Shown one piece after another: positions 53,606-63,845 of a DNA stretch of 64,000 nucleotides. The notes beneath the pieces were generated by a model. The model saw nothing but the letters and a program-made list of their open reading frames with translations. It was not told the origin of the DNA and ran no database searches. The translations under genes were made by a program, and so were the position numbers. How positions within the stretch are numbered: position 1 is the stretch's first letter; every line of letters begins with the position of its first letter. The DNA is from Hypanus sabinus. Lineage: Eukaryota. Location of the stretch: positions 27,032,001-27,096,000 of the forward strand of contig NC_082731.1 in assembly GCF_030144855.1 (NCBI RefSeq), given 5' to 3'.

Positions 53606-54489
53606 TTCTAAATCTGAAGAGGATTGACTAATGGGACTGAAAGTCTGAAGGGAGATGGGGTCCATGCAAGTATGGAGACATCTGTCCTTTGGGAAGTAAC
53701 AATATAAAGCTGACTTGAAACAAACTTAAATCTTGGTTCTAAGGGAAGAAAACAGAGATTGGCTCAGATTGAAGGTGGTGTTTATTTATGCTGTGAACAG
53801 GAAATTTGTGCTCTGGCCCAATACTATTATACTCATGGTTCCAACTAAACTTCTCCAGTACAGATAACTGCACAAGAATGGGAAGAATTGCCCAGTGTGT
53901 CCATTCTCGAAACACAGGACAAATCTAGTAAGACAATAATGGCCCAATTCATCTACTCATTTTCAGTAAAGTAATGGGAGCCATAATTGACAGTGTAGGA
54001 AAGTGACACTTACTCACCAAATAACCTCATCATCAGTTTAGGTTTTGCTGGGACCATTTGGTTCTTCATTGATCAATCTTGTTGTCTTATCTGTTGCTAT
54101 CAAATCCTCTGACAGCACATTCTAGATACCGACCACAATTTTGCCTCATAAATCTCATTTATACTTTCCCCCTCTCATCTGAAACTTCTGCCCTCTGTTA
54201 TTTGATGTTTCTACACCAGGAAAAATTCTGTGACTATCTATGCTCCTCATAAATTTACATACTTCTCTCAGTCCATCCCACAGTCCCCAACGCTCCATCA
54301 AAAGCAGTCCACGTTTATCCACCTTCTACTTACAGGAAATATGCTCCAATCCAAACAACACTCGACTGAATTGACTCTTCACCCTCTCTAAAGCATCCAC
54401 ATCTTTCCTGTAATGCAATGACTAGAAATGTACCTGCTCCAAATGTGAAATTAGCAAACAATCTCTAGATAAGCTGGACAATTTTGGAG

Positions 54490-56000
54490 GGATCCCGTAT
54501 GATCTGAGAATTCAGCAGAGGTTCTCCCCGTGGATGCTATCAGAAGCCTTTTGAAAGTCCATGAAATTTATGTACAGTTGTCTCTCCCACTCTGTGCACT
54601 GCTCCATGATATGCAGCATGAAGATCTGGTTGACAGAGCCTCTATTCCTCCTGAAGCCAACTTGCTCCTTCAAGCAAACATCAACAGCATCTGTAATCCA
54701 TTGGACAATGGCTTTGGTGAGACAAAAGTGTGATGCCACACCATTTGTTGCAATCACTTAGTACTCCTTTCTTGGGGATCCTAACTACCTTTGTCCAGTC
54801 CTTGGGTACTTGTCCCCATTCCCAGATTATAGTAAGCAGTGGATGCAGGACGACTGCTGCAACTTTTGGTTCAGCTTTGAGCAGTTCAGCTTTTAAATTG
54901 TCATGTTCTGGAGCTTTGCTGTTTGTTAATGAATTAATCACAGTAACAATCTCTTCGTTCTTGGCTGGATCTGTGTTGATGTCGAGGTCCTCTGTGACTA
55001 CTCAGTAAATGTCTCAAATACCCTGTCCATCGTGCTTTATGCTCTTTTCAAAAGCAGACCATTCTTACCTCTCATGGGGCTACTGGATCTGGCTTGGAAC
55101 TTTCTGCATACTAATTTTGAAACCTTGTATATATTTTCCTGATCATGTCGACTGGCACTGTTGTGGCCACCACTGCAAGGTCTTCCATGTAGACTTTCTT
55201 ATCCATCCTTAGTAGCTCTTCACTCTCTTGCTAGCTTGAGTGAATTCCAATGGAAATTCCTCTTAATTCGTGTTGACTTTGCATTGAACATTTTCTTCCT
55301 TTCCTTCCGAATTTTCCATCTTTCCTCTAAGGCTGTCCATGTTTCCTGCTGTATACATTCTTTGTTTTTCTTTCCAGCTCTGTAATGCAGACAAGCCTCA
55401 CTGATCTCCTTGAACCCTGACACAATTTGTTTCCACACTGTGTAGATCTTGTCCACTGACACATCCTCGCCAAAGCCTGAAATCTGTTAAGTTTAATGGT
55501 GACAGTAGACCTCACACTGGTGTCCTTGAGCTTCTCAACATCAAAATGTCTTTGTACATGTGCTCTGGTCCCAGTGTTTCTCAACTTGAGTTTCTTCATT
55601 GCTACAGCAAGGACATGGTTATTTCCTCTATCTACTCCTCTCTTCACCCTTACACCCTGCAAGGATCATCTCCACGTACCATTAATCATCAAATGGTCAA
55701 TCTGGATCTTGTCACTTCTATTGAGTGAGCACCATGTCAGTATGTGGATTTCATGGTGTGGAGAGAGGATCCCTCCTGTGACCGGATTGTTCATGGCACA
55801 AAATTCCACCAGTCTTTCACCATCCTTTTGTATTCATGACCCTAGTGAAGTGTGAGTTGTTATTTCCAACTTTGCCACTGAGATCTCCTATGGTGATGAT
55901 TATGTCATAGTGTGGTGTTAACTCTGCCTCTGCTGCTTATAGAAGGTGGCCTTTTCTTCAATGTCACTATTGCTATTTGGAGCATAGCATTGAATCACAG
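54490..56000 (-). mobile_element. RTE-clade LINE fragment (EN-RT)
   Basis: GVRVKRGVDRGNNHVLAVAMKKLKL; ELLKAEP...VPKDW...IPKKGVLSDCNKWCGITLLS; FMDFQKASDSIH. Confidence 0.78.
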
Positions 56001-56983
56001 TCATATTCACTTGCTTCACTCTCAGCCTGTCTCTCACCAGCCAACTGTTCATCGGTTTTTACTCCTGCAGGCACTTCTCAATGCCTTTCTCCAAAATGAC
56101 CTTTACACCATCATGATGCTGATCAACTTCCCTCCTTGAGTATAAGACTGTTTCACCAGTTGCTGCCTTTGTTTGCCAGACCCTGTTCAACTGCTTTTAC
56201 TGATACCAGTGTATGTTGGCTGTAACTTTGCATCACTGTGGTTATTTGTGAGAGCTTGCCAGTGCTGTACATGGATTATACATTCAAAAAAACATTTCTG
56301 TTCTTGATCTTGGTGAAGTTCATGGCTCCCTTCACCATGGCAGTAGATTCCTGTCAGTTTTCACTACTGTCAGCCATGCAAGTCCCGGGTGGTGACTAGG
56401 GAACACCATCGCACTCAGATGTAGAAGGACTCTTCATTTCTGTTTCCGTAACTGCAACAACAGTCTTTGTGGAAGATGGTTTGGACACAAATGTCAGAGA
56501 GGAAGCAAACATTGAGACATGGTATCAAACTTGATCAAGAACTGAGCACAAAACAAACACTAGATGATATCACCAGTAGAGCTTACAACTGAACAGCAAA
56601 CATCAGTTCAGGTGTTCTCAAAATACTCAATTCTTGTAGCCCAAAATATGATTGTCAATTAGCAGGATCATCCTGAAGCTTAAAGGGGCTGCAACCAGCT
56701 ATCTGTACTCCAGAGAGTTAGAGAGTGTAAATCCTGAAAGCTGGCACGGTTGGAAGCATCTCGTAACAATTACAATTTCTCTTTTTGACTAGTCAGGTTC
56801 ACTAATCCTGACCTAAAACTCACAGCATGGAGGAACAGTGGACCATTCTTAGTCTAGACTCTACCCTTTGACGTCTTTGGCATGGTTGACCCGATCTAGA
56901 GCTAAAGCATAAGACCCTGACACAAGCCAACAGAGATCTCTGGGTCACTGAGGCACTCAAGCCTCCAAACCCTTCAGCAAGTT

Positions 56984-57470
56984 TGGACTGGTGTCTCTTA
57001 GTCCCTGTCTGTCGGGGATATCTGTACACCAACTGGTTTCCCTCAGTCTGTGTTTCTCAGGGGGATATCTGTCCACTGACTGGTGTCTTTCAGTCCCTGT
57101 CTCTCAGATATCTGTCCACTGACTGGTGTCTCTCAGTCCCTGTCTATCAGAGGGATATCTGTCCACTGACTAGTGTCTCTCAGTCTCTGTCTATTAGGGG
57201 GATATCTGTCCACTGACTCGTGTCTCTCAGTCCCTGTCTGTCAGGGGGATATCTGTCCACTGGCTGGTGTCTCTCAGGGGGATATCTGTCCACTGGCTGG
57301 TGTCTCTCAGTCCCTGTTTCTCAGGGGGATATCTGTCCACTGACTGGTGTCTCTCAGTCCCTGTCTCTCAGGGGGATATCTGTCCACTGACTGGTGTCTC
57401 TCCGTCTCTGTCTCTTAGGGGGATATCTGCCCACTGACTGGTGTATCTGATTCCCTGTCGCTGGGATTCT
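56984..57470. repeat. 47-bp minisatellite, about 10 copies
   Basis: Unit approximately CTGACTGGTGTCTCTCAGTCCCTGTCTCTCAGGGGGATATCTGTCCA. The core recurs at 57024, 57071, 57114, 57161, 57208, 57255, 57288, 57335, 57382 and 57429. Confidence 0.92.
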
Positions 57471-57698
57471 GTGTTTCAGTTTACACAAACTTTTCATCGC
57501 TGAAATTGATGAATCGAGCAGAGGGTGACAGATCTTTAATCCGGATCTGGTCACTGCCGCTGACCTGCCGCCTGTTGCAGAGACAAACATCTTTTGGGGA
57601 ATTGAAATCGCTGCTGTGGGTGGGGACAGGAAGCTGCGCCTCTGGTTTCAGTGTGTGAGAGCCTGTTCAAACCGCGGCTCCCTCTCTCACTCACAGCC

Positions 57699-57714
57699 CA
57701 CGTCCCTATTTAAA
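57699..57714 (+). promoter_or_regulatory. Probable VH promoter core (TATA-like TATTTAAA)
   Basis: TATTTAAA at 57707-57714, about 90 nt upstream of the leader ATG, preceded by CACGTC. No ATGCAAAT/ATTTGCAT octamer seen in 57400-57800. Confidence 0.55.
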
Positions 57715-57802
57715 CAGCGTTCACTGCGGCTCCGGACAAAGTCGGCCTGAGCTGAAGCCGCCGATCTCAAAAGTGTCCAAGACCGGCTCAGTTTTCAGGG
57801 CG

Positions 57803-57848
57803 ATGCGGGCCGTTCCTTATCTCTGTCTCCTCCTGTCTTGTCTGGCAG
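57803..57848 (+). CDS. IgW: Ig heavy-chain V leader exon (signal peptide MRAVPYLCLLLSCLA-G)
   Basis: ATG at 57803, 15 codons with a hydrophobic core, then a phase-1 donor G|GTGGGT at 57849. The 109-nt intron ends in TTGACAG at 57957 and splices in frame to give [10 protein letters not shown]. Confidence 0.92.
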
Positions 57849-57957
57849 GTGGGTGTCCAGCGACTTGTCGCCCACCCGGGACCGGCTGTTTCTCGGTGGC
57901 TTTGTGAATCTCTGCCTGTGGAATATTTTATTAATTTCTGAACTTTTTTATTGACAG

Positions 57958-58264
57958 GCGTGCGGTCCGACATCGTGCTGACACAGCCCGAGTCAGCGGT
58001 GGTAAAGTCCGGACAGTCCCACACACTGACCTGTACAGTCAGAGGGTTCAGCCTCAGCAGCTACTACATGCACTGGGTGAAACAGGTCTCCGGGAAAGGG
58101 CTGGAGTGGCTGGTATCGTATAAGAGTGACAGTGACGGTTATTACGCGCCTGGAGTCCACAGCCGGTTCACCGCTTCCGAAGACAGCAGCAACTTTTATC
58201 TGCAAATGAACAACCTGAGACTGGACGACACGGCCACCTATTACTGTGCGAGAGAACTGGGTGG
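57958..58264 (+). CDS. IgW: Ig heavy-chain variable exon (IgW-type VH) with an 11-nt D-like 3' extension
   Basis: Open frame [54 protein letters not shown]...[34 protein letters not shown]. Canonical Cys, Trp and YYC are intact. FR1 and the short FR3 ([11 protein letters not shown]) resemble elasmobranch IgW V as I recall it. It is bounded by the heptamer at 58265. Confidence 0.93.
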
Positions 58265-58303
58265 CACAGTGCTAGAGATGGCGGCACCCTCCACACACGA
58301 ACC
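58265..58303 (+). other. Recombination signal sequence, 23-bp spacer
   Basis: Perfect heptamer CACAGTG at 58265-58271, a 23-nt spacer at 58272-58294, and nonamer ACACGAACC at 58295-58303 (7/9 match to ACAAAAACC). Confidence 0.92.
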
Positions 58304-58628
58304 TATCGTAACAAAATTCTTCAAATTGGGCTCTTCGGGCGCTTCCACCGGCCTTTATCCCGGGATCCGTGGTTATCAATCGGATCCCGAGTGGATAATC
58401 TGGGAGTGGGAACAAGTTCCACTGGAGAAGTGTCTGGAAGGGAACGGGACCACCGAGGAGGAGCTGTCTGTGGAAGCCCAGTGAAAGGTCCCGGTGGGTT
58501 ATATCATCTCCACTTCAGGACTGGGATGGCCGAGATTGAGACTCGCTGTGTGGGACACCCGGACACAGAGGGAGGGTTTAATAAATCCGTTGGCCGGATC
58601 TGGATTTCGGGCTGGATGTGATGAAGGC

Positions 58629-58656
58629 GGTTTGTGACCTGCGGTGAGGCACCGTG
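58629..58656 (-). other. Recombination signal sequence, 12-bp spacer, facing the J segment
   Basis: GGTTTGTGA at 58629-58637 (7/9 match to GGTTTTTGT), 12-nt spacer CCTGCGGTGAGG, then CACCGTG at 58650-58656 (6/7; the CAC next to the coding end is intact). Confidence 0.85.
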
Positions 58657-58706
58657 ATACGATCTTGTCAACTGGGGTAGAGGAACCTCGCTGACAGTGA
58701 CTTCAG
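58657..58706 (+). CDS. IgW: Ig heavy-chain joining segment, JH or D-JH (YDLVNWGRGTSLTVTS)
   Basis: WGxG motif followed by TSLTVTS, then a phase-1 donor G|GTAAG at 58707. Lies immediately 3' of the 12-RSS. Confidence 0.92.
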
Positions 58707-60247
58707 GTAAGACCAACTTCTCAATTGTATCTTCACGCACTAGTATTTTATTTATTTACGGTTTTGGAGAATTCGGTGATGCACCTGAAATCAGTGAGAT
58801 ATTTAGAGCGAGTACATGAATCTCCCCGAACCGGCGGGTTTCTCTAGAGCCCAGTAACAGTACATACCCCACCCCACCAGTGAACTGTCCACAGACCGGG
58901 AACAGGCTCAGGGGAATGGGGTCGGATTTTGTCACCAGACTGTGCCTTGACACCGGCCGGTTGTGCTGAGTGAGCTCAGTGTTTGGTTCAAGTCTGGCTT
59001 CTGATCCTCAGCACCAACTGAAGCCACGTTCAGGGGCTGAGCGTTTCAGTGCAGTTGAACTCGTTCCCTGTCAGTGACAACAATGGATCTGTTCCGTGTC
59101 AAGTTATTGGGATCGGGTTTTACTGTCGGCTGCTTTCATGTTGAAGGTAATGGGATTGAGACATAATCTGAGGGAATGGTTATACATGTATGATCTGGTT
59201 GATGGCTCAATATCCCCAGGGTACGGGTGGGTGTCAGTCCCATCATGTAATGTCCGGCCTGACGTCCGTCCCGGGATACAGCAAAAGCATCGGCGATATC
59301 CCAGGATTAATTGACGAGATTAAAGTTTTTGTTTTATTCCCTGATGGGTGAGGAGGTGAGGTACGGTGGGGAAGAAGTTTGGAGTTGGGAAGACAGTGAG
59401 GAAGTGGTGCAGGAGGGTAAGGCAGGGAATTTTCTATTTTGTGAGCAATTGCTCTAATTTTTTGCCCTCCTCCATCCCCCATTCAGTTTTGTTGAACAAG
59501 TGCTTTCCTACATTAACCAGTATTGCTGGAGATTCAGTAAAAGTGGTTGTGAGATAAAGTGCTGACATTTACAGACACCTTTCATGGTGTCCCCGAGCTC
59601 TTCACAGGCAATGAAGTAGTTTCAAAGTACAGCCCTGTTGTAGAGTCGGGAATGTGGAGCCACTCTGCACACAGCAGAATCCACAAACTGCAAAGGGAGA
59701 ACGATCAGACAGTCTGTTCTGGTGACGTTATTGAAGGAGAAATATTGTTCAGGACGCCATGGACACAGTGATCCAATGGACAGGCACAAGGTTGGATTCG
59801 GAGTGATGACTTTGTTCACCATAATCTACAGCAGATTTGGATCTGTGGTCAGATTTACAACATCTTAATAATTGGTATTGTTTTTAAATCCAGTCGTTAG
59901 TAATGATGACCATTCGGTTTGACTGATGTCCCTCAGGGAAGGAGATCTCTCATCCTTACCCTCTGAGCCTATTTATGACTCCTGACCCATCAACGTGTTT
60001 GTCTCCAAATGCCCTCTGAATGGCAGCTCAGATGTGTAATTCATTCAGGCGTAACCAGCAAAGCCCAGATCCCAAAGGATAAATAAATAAAATTCCCTTC
60101 TGTTGTTCATACTACCCGATGTTCTATCCACTTACTGCAATACAGACTAAAATCAGACTGTCACCCCAATCTACTGTTTCAACATTAATCATTTTGTACA
60201 AATACTCAAGTGTCATTAATTGCAATTTTTTTCTGAGCTGATCCAGA

Positions 60248-60450
60248 CAGATCTAGTTCCCCTCTTCACTCCAGCACTCTGTGACCCATCCAGATCCAGT
60301 TCCCCTCTTCACCCCAGCACCCTGTGACCCACCCAGATCCAGTTCCCCTCTTCACCCCAGCACCCTGTGACCCACCTGGATCCAGTTCTCCTCTTCACTC
60401 CAGCACCCTGTGACCCACCCAGATCCAGTTCCCCTCTTCACCCCAGCTCC
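60248..60450. repeat. 43-bp C-rich minisatellite, about 4.7 copies, in the J-C intron
   Basis: Unit CAGATCCAGTTCCCCTCTTCACCCCAGCACCCTGTGACCCACC starting at 60248, 60291, 60334, 60377 and 60420. Confidence 0.92.
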
Positions 60451-61639
60451 CTGCTGTCAGTTTGATGGGTGTTTTTATAAAGACCCAGAGGAACACTGAT
60501 CCAGACAGAACTGTACTTACCACCTGCTGGTCCCAGGATGTAAAAGATCCTCAGCTGCAAATCTCACCGACTGACATTATTGTGCCTCCTGCACTGCCAA
60601 GACTGAGCAGCTCAGGGAACATCCGTGGGGTGAGAAACAGAGTTAATGTTTCACATCAGTGACCCTTCACCAGACTCTGTCAGTCTGATTGCTGGCAACT
60701 ATGCCATTTCCAGTTTTATTTTACCAGATTTATTTTGATGAAAACAAGTGTTTTTCATTGACTTCTGCAAAACTAGAACATCCCAGAGCCTTTCCCAACC
60801 CAGCAAGTACTTCTGCAGTGTGTCACTTCATATATGGGACTAAACCTCCAACTTGTCTGCATCTTGTTCCCACAAACTGAACTACAACATGACAATCTAG
60901 ACTGGTTAATGTTGGAAGGGAATGGTCACTTTTATTCTGCAATTCCTAAAGCTCCCCACCACTGCAAATTCCTCATCTGGATCTTGATTGTGCAGTAGAT
61001 GAAGAGACAGACACTATTTGGTTGTAGGTGGTCCAAATGGTCCCAGATCCTTGGTCCCACAATTCTTTTGTTTTCAGGGGTTAACGTCGATAAAGAGCAG
61101 TGAGGTTCCTCAGACCTCAGCTGACCAGCCCGTTCCTGAGCTGCTGTGTACCTGGGAGGCTGAGGATAGTGTGGGTGAAATGGTGTTGGCTGCGGCTGGC
61201 AATTCCAAAGGGAATCACCAGTGTTCAGTCACTTACACTGGAGTCAGTCCCAGAGTTCCACAGAGCATGGTACCCCGGGATTTACTGAGTGACAGATGCC
61301 TTCAAAGTTGTTTACACACTCCACCACATGACACCGGGTACTGCTGGAATTCCCATGTTAATACTGGGAAATCCACCTCCATATTTCCCTCACAGGCGAG
61401 ACCTGACAAAGGATCACATTCCCCATTTACCTGACTGGGGATTTTGAGCTTGGGAAGGAATATGGTCAGGAACGATTTCTGGCAGATTATTATAGTTAAG
61501 TGCATTTCAGATGTATAATTTTAACCAAGAGATGCTAAATTAATTGTTACATCAACTTTAATGTTTCCCAGACATTTCAAACCTGTGAAATTACATGACA
61601 GAATTGACACAAGACAATCCCTTCCCCACAATAACCAAG

Positions 61640-61887
61640 CATAGATACATAGAAAACCTACAGCAGAATACACCGCAATGTTGTGCCGAACTTGCACTTA
61701 CTTTAAAAATTACCTAGGTTTAGCTATAGCCCTCTATTTTTCTAAGCTCCATATACATATCCAGGAGTCTCTAAAAAGACCCTACAGTATCCACCTCCAC
61801 CATCATTGCTGGCAGCCCATTCTGTGCAATCACCACTCTCTGTTTAAAAAATTACCCCTGGCATCTCCTCTGTACCTACTTCCAAGC
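61640..61887 (-). mobile_element. CR1 3'-end fragment in the J-C intron
   Basis: CATAGATACATAGAAAACCTACAGC-type tail, similar to other CR1 3' ends in the window. Confidence 0.65.
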
Positions 61888-62884
61888 AACAAGTGTCAGG
61901 GTGTTCTGGACCCAGAGTCCCTGCTGAGTGCTGCTTGAGGCTATTTAATGCTGAGGCCACGATACACCTCAGCGTAAACCTACAGCATCCAGAAACCCAG
62001 CGGCCCCACTTTTCCCTGTGTAGCAGTGTGGGGAGAGTCCCAGCAGGTTAGAACCAGCACCATTCAGCCTGGTCTGTGTGGCCATGGTCCAGTTGGCACC
62101 GTGCCCTGTGCTTTCTCTCCTATGACACTTCACCCACAGCACAGGTCAGCTTGTCCAGCTGTTTCACAGAAGTTGTGTCCCCGGTGGGGAGTCTGACATC
62201 AGCATTTCACTGGTTGTTTCAGGCTCAGTCTGAAGGAATGAGAAAGGGACCATTTCTCTGCTCTGCCTGTCCTGTCAACCTGAATCAACTGTGTTTACTC
62301 AGGAAGTCAAATGTTCTGAGTTCACAGTCCCCAGAGTCACCTGGAAATGGTTCTAAACAATGCAGCTGTCATTATTGACCAGTTAAACTATATTGATTCC
62401 TATTTACTTGTTATATTTATTTACTTATATTTATTCTATTTGAAACCCACATTTCAATATTTTATCATCTTTGTCCCAGAGTGAATACTGTGAACTGAAT
62501 ATCTCATTATTTTGCTCCTGATTGAAATTGTAACCTTCCCACCACTCCACTTCTCCTCCTAATGTTGAGTTTACTGCCCTTTCGATAGCAGAATCATTCT
62601 GAAGCCTGTATGTGTCTGTTGACCATCTTACTGTTGGACAACAAAGTCCTCATCTTCTGTAATTTATACTGTCTGACACATACTCTCCCACTAGTCGCCT
62701 ACTCCCAGAGCTCCTGCATGTTCTGCTGTGTCCACACAGTCCTCATCCACTATCAACAATCTATCATTGACAGAGTCAATCATGAGGTAAATGATGTCAC
62801 GTCGGTGGGTCAGAACAAACCCCATCCACAAACCTGTCCAAGGTAATACTGTCAACTGCTCAAACCACATCTCCTCAACATATC

Positions 62885-63380
62885 CACCTGTCAAAGCTGT
62901 CAATTGGTCAATTAATTAATTGATCTTGACGCTTTTACTGACCTTGGTAAGTCAACACATCTCATTTTCCAGTGAATTGAATTGAGAACCAGTGCTTTCA
63001 AGTGTATTTTGCACCTTAAGTGGCTGGGAATTGACACAACCGCATTTCCTCATGGGACTCTGGGCTGGTCGTTCAGTGAGAATATCACCTACATCTAACG
63101 GCATTTTAAGACTTCTCCACCTGCCCAGGAATCTCATGTGTTGGCCGACACTTCTCCACAGTCTGGAATAATATATTTCCACAGTTCCTCTGTCCTTTCT
63201 TATGCAAATTACCATTCCCTCCCGGTTACCCAGTAGTTTCCACAGGCTCAGTGGGGTTGAAATTCTTGCTCAGTCACACATGGTAAATATGTGAGGCAGT
63301 GTCAGCTGTATCATGTAGTCTGTTGAGTTGAATTTCAGAAGCAGAGTCCATTTCACAACCTCCACTATATTGCACACATG
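62885..63380. promoter_or_regulatory. Candidate J-C intronic enhancer (motif cluster)
   Basis: Octamer ATGCAAAT at 63202-63209; CCACCTGCC (kE2 consensus, reverse strand) at 63117-63125; CACCTG at 62885; CACATG at 63277 and 63375; CAGCTG at 63303. Motif evidence only. Confidence 0.3.
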
Positions 63381-63845
63381 GTGCTGGAAACCAGGTATCA
63401 CTATATCCACACCAATCTCTCCTCTCATCAACAGCAACACCAAACTGATCAGAATTATTCAAATAAGTTACTTCTAAATCTTACTTCTTCTGAAAACTCT
63501 GCTGATCAGGGGCTAACAGACTTTTCAGAATCAGGAATTGTATTTGGATGAGAGACAGATTGTCACTTTGGTACTTTGACTGAAATCTGACCAATAGGAC
63601 ATTGGGTCACTGTTTCAGGCCTTCACTGAAGTGTTGGCCTGGACTGTGTGCCCAAGTTGCCACTGTGGGATTGATCCACACCCTCCTACCTCAGGGACAC
63701 AGACTCACAGCTGAGTGTTAAAGTGATATTGGCTTTGTTTGATGGGGTGAATAATTTTGAGAATTACTGCTTTATATAATGTCTCCTTTCTCTGTCAGTA
63801 ATGCATTTATTCAGGGAACCATCTGTGAATTTCTTTTCACTTCAG

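Larger units (their letters stand above)
45864..55500 (+). repeat. Segmental tandem duplication, copy 2
   Basis: Colinear with 32499-33053 plus 39063-45170. Carries copy-specific CR1, Rex and L1-tail insertions and lacks the 6-kb L1. Confidence 0.88.

Noticed and set aside
1113-56139. Most short ORFs in the supplied track
   Set aside because: They are fragments or antisense frames of transposon ORFs, or low-complexity sequence, not host genes.
56984-57470. CRISPR-like array interpretation of the tandem repeats
   Set aside because: The units are contiguous with no unique spacers, and the context is a vertebrate genome.
57951-58484. 177-aa ORF taken as one protein
   Set aside because: Its TTG start lies in the leader intron's acceptor, and residues after ELGG read through the RSS and intersegment DNA. 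Only 57958-58264 is coding.
58304-58628. Possible unjoined D segment (CGCTGTG at about 58545, CACAGAG at 58564)
   Set aside because: No nonamer at 12- or 23-nt spacing from either heptamer-like sequence.
59764-59770. Isolated CACAGTG heptamers (also 46782-46788 and about 16664) and a nonamer-like GGTTTTTAT at about 14199
   Set aside because: No correctly spaced partner motif and no adjacent V, D or J coding sequence.
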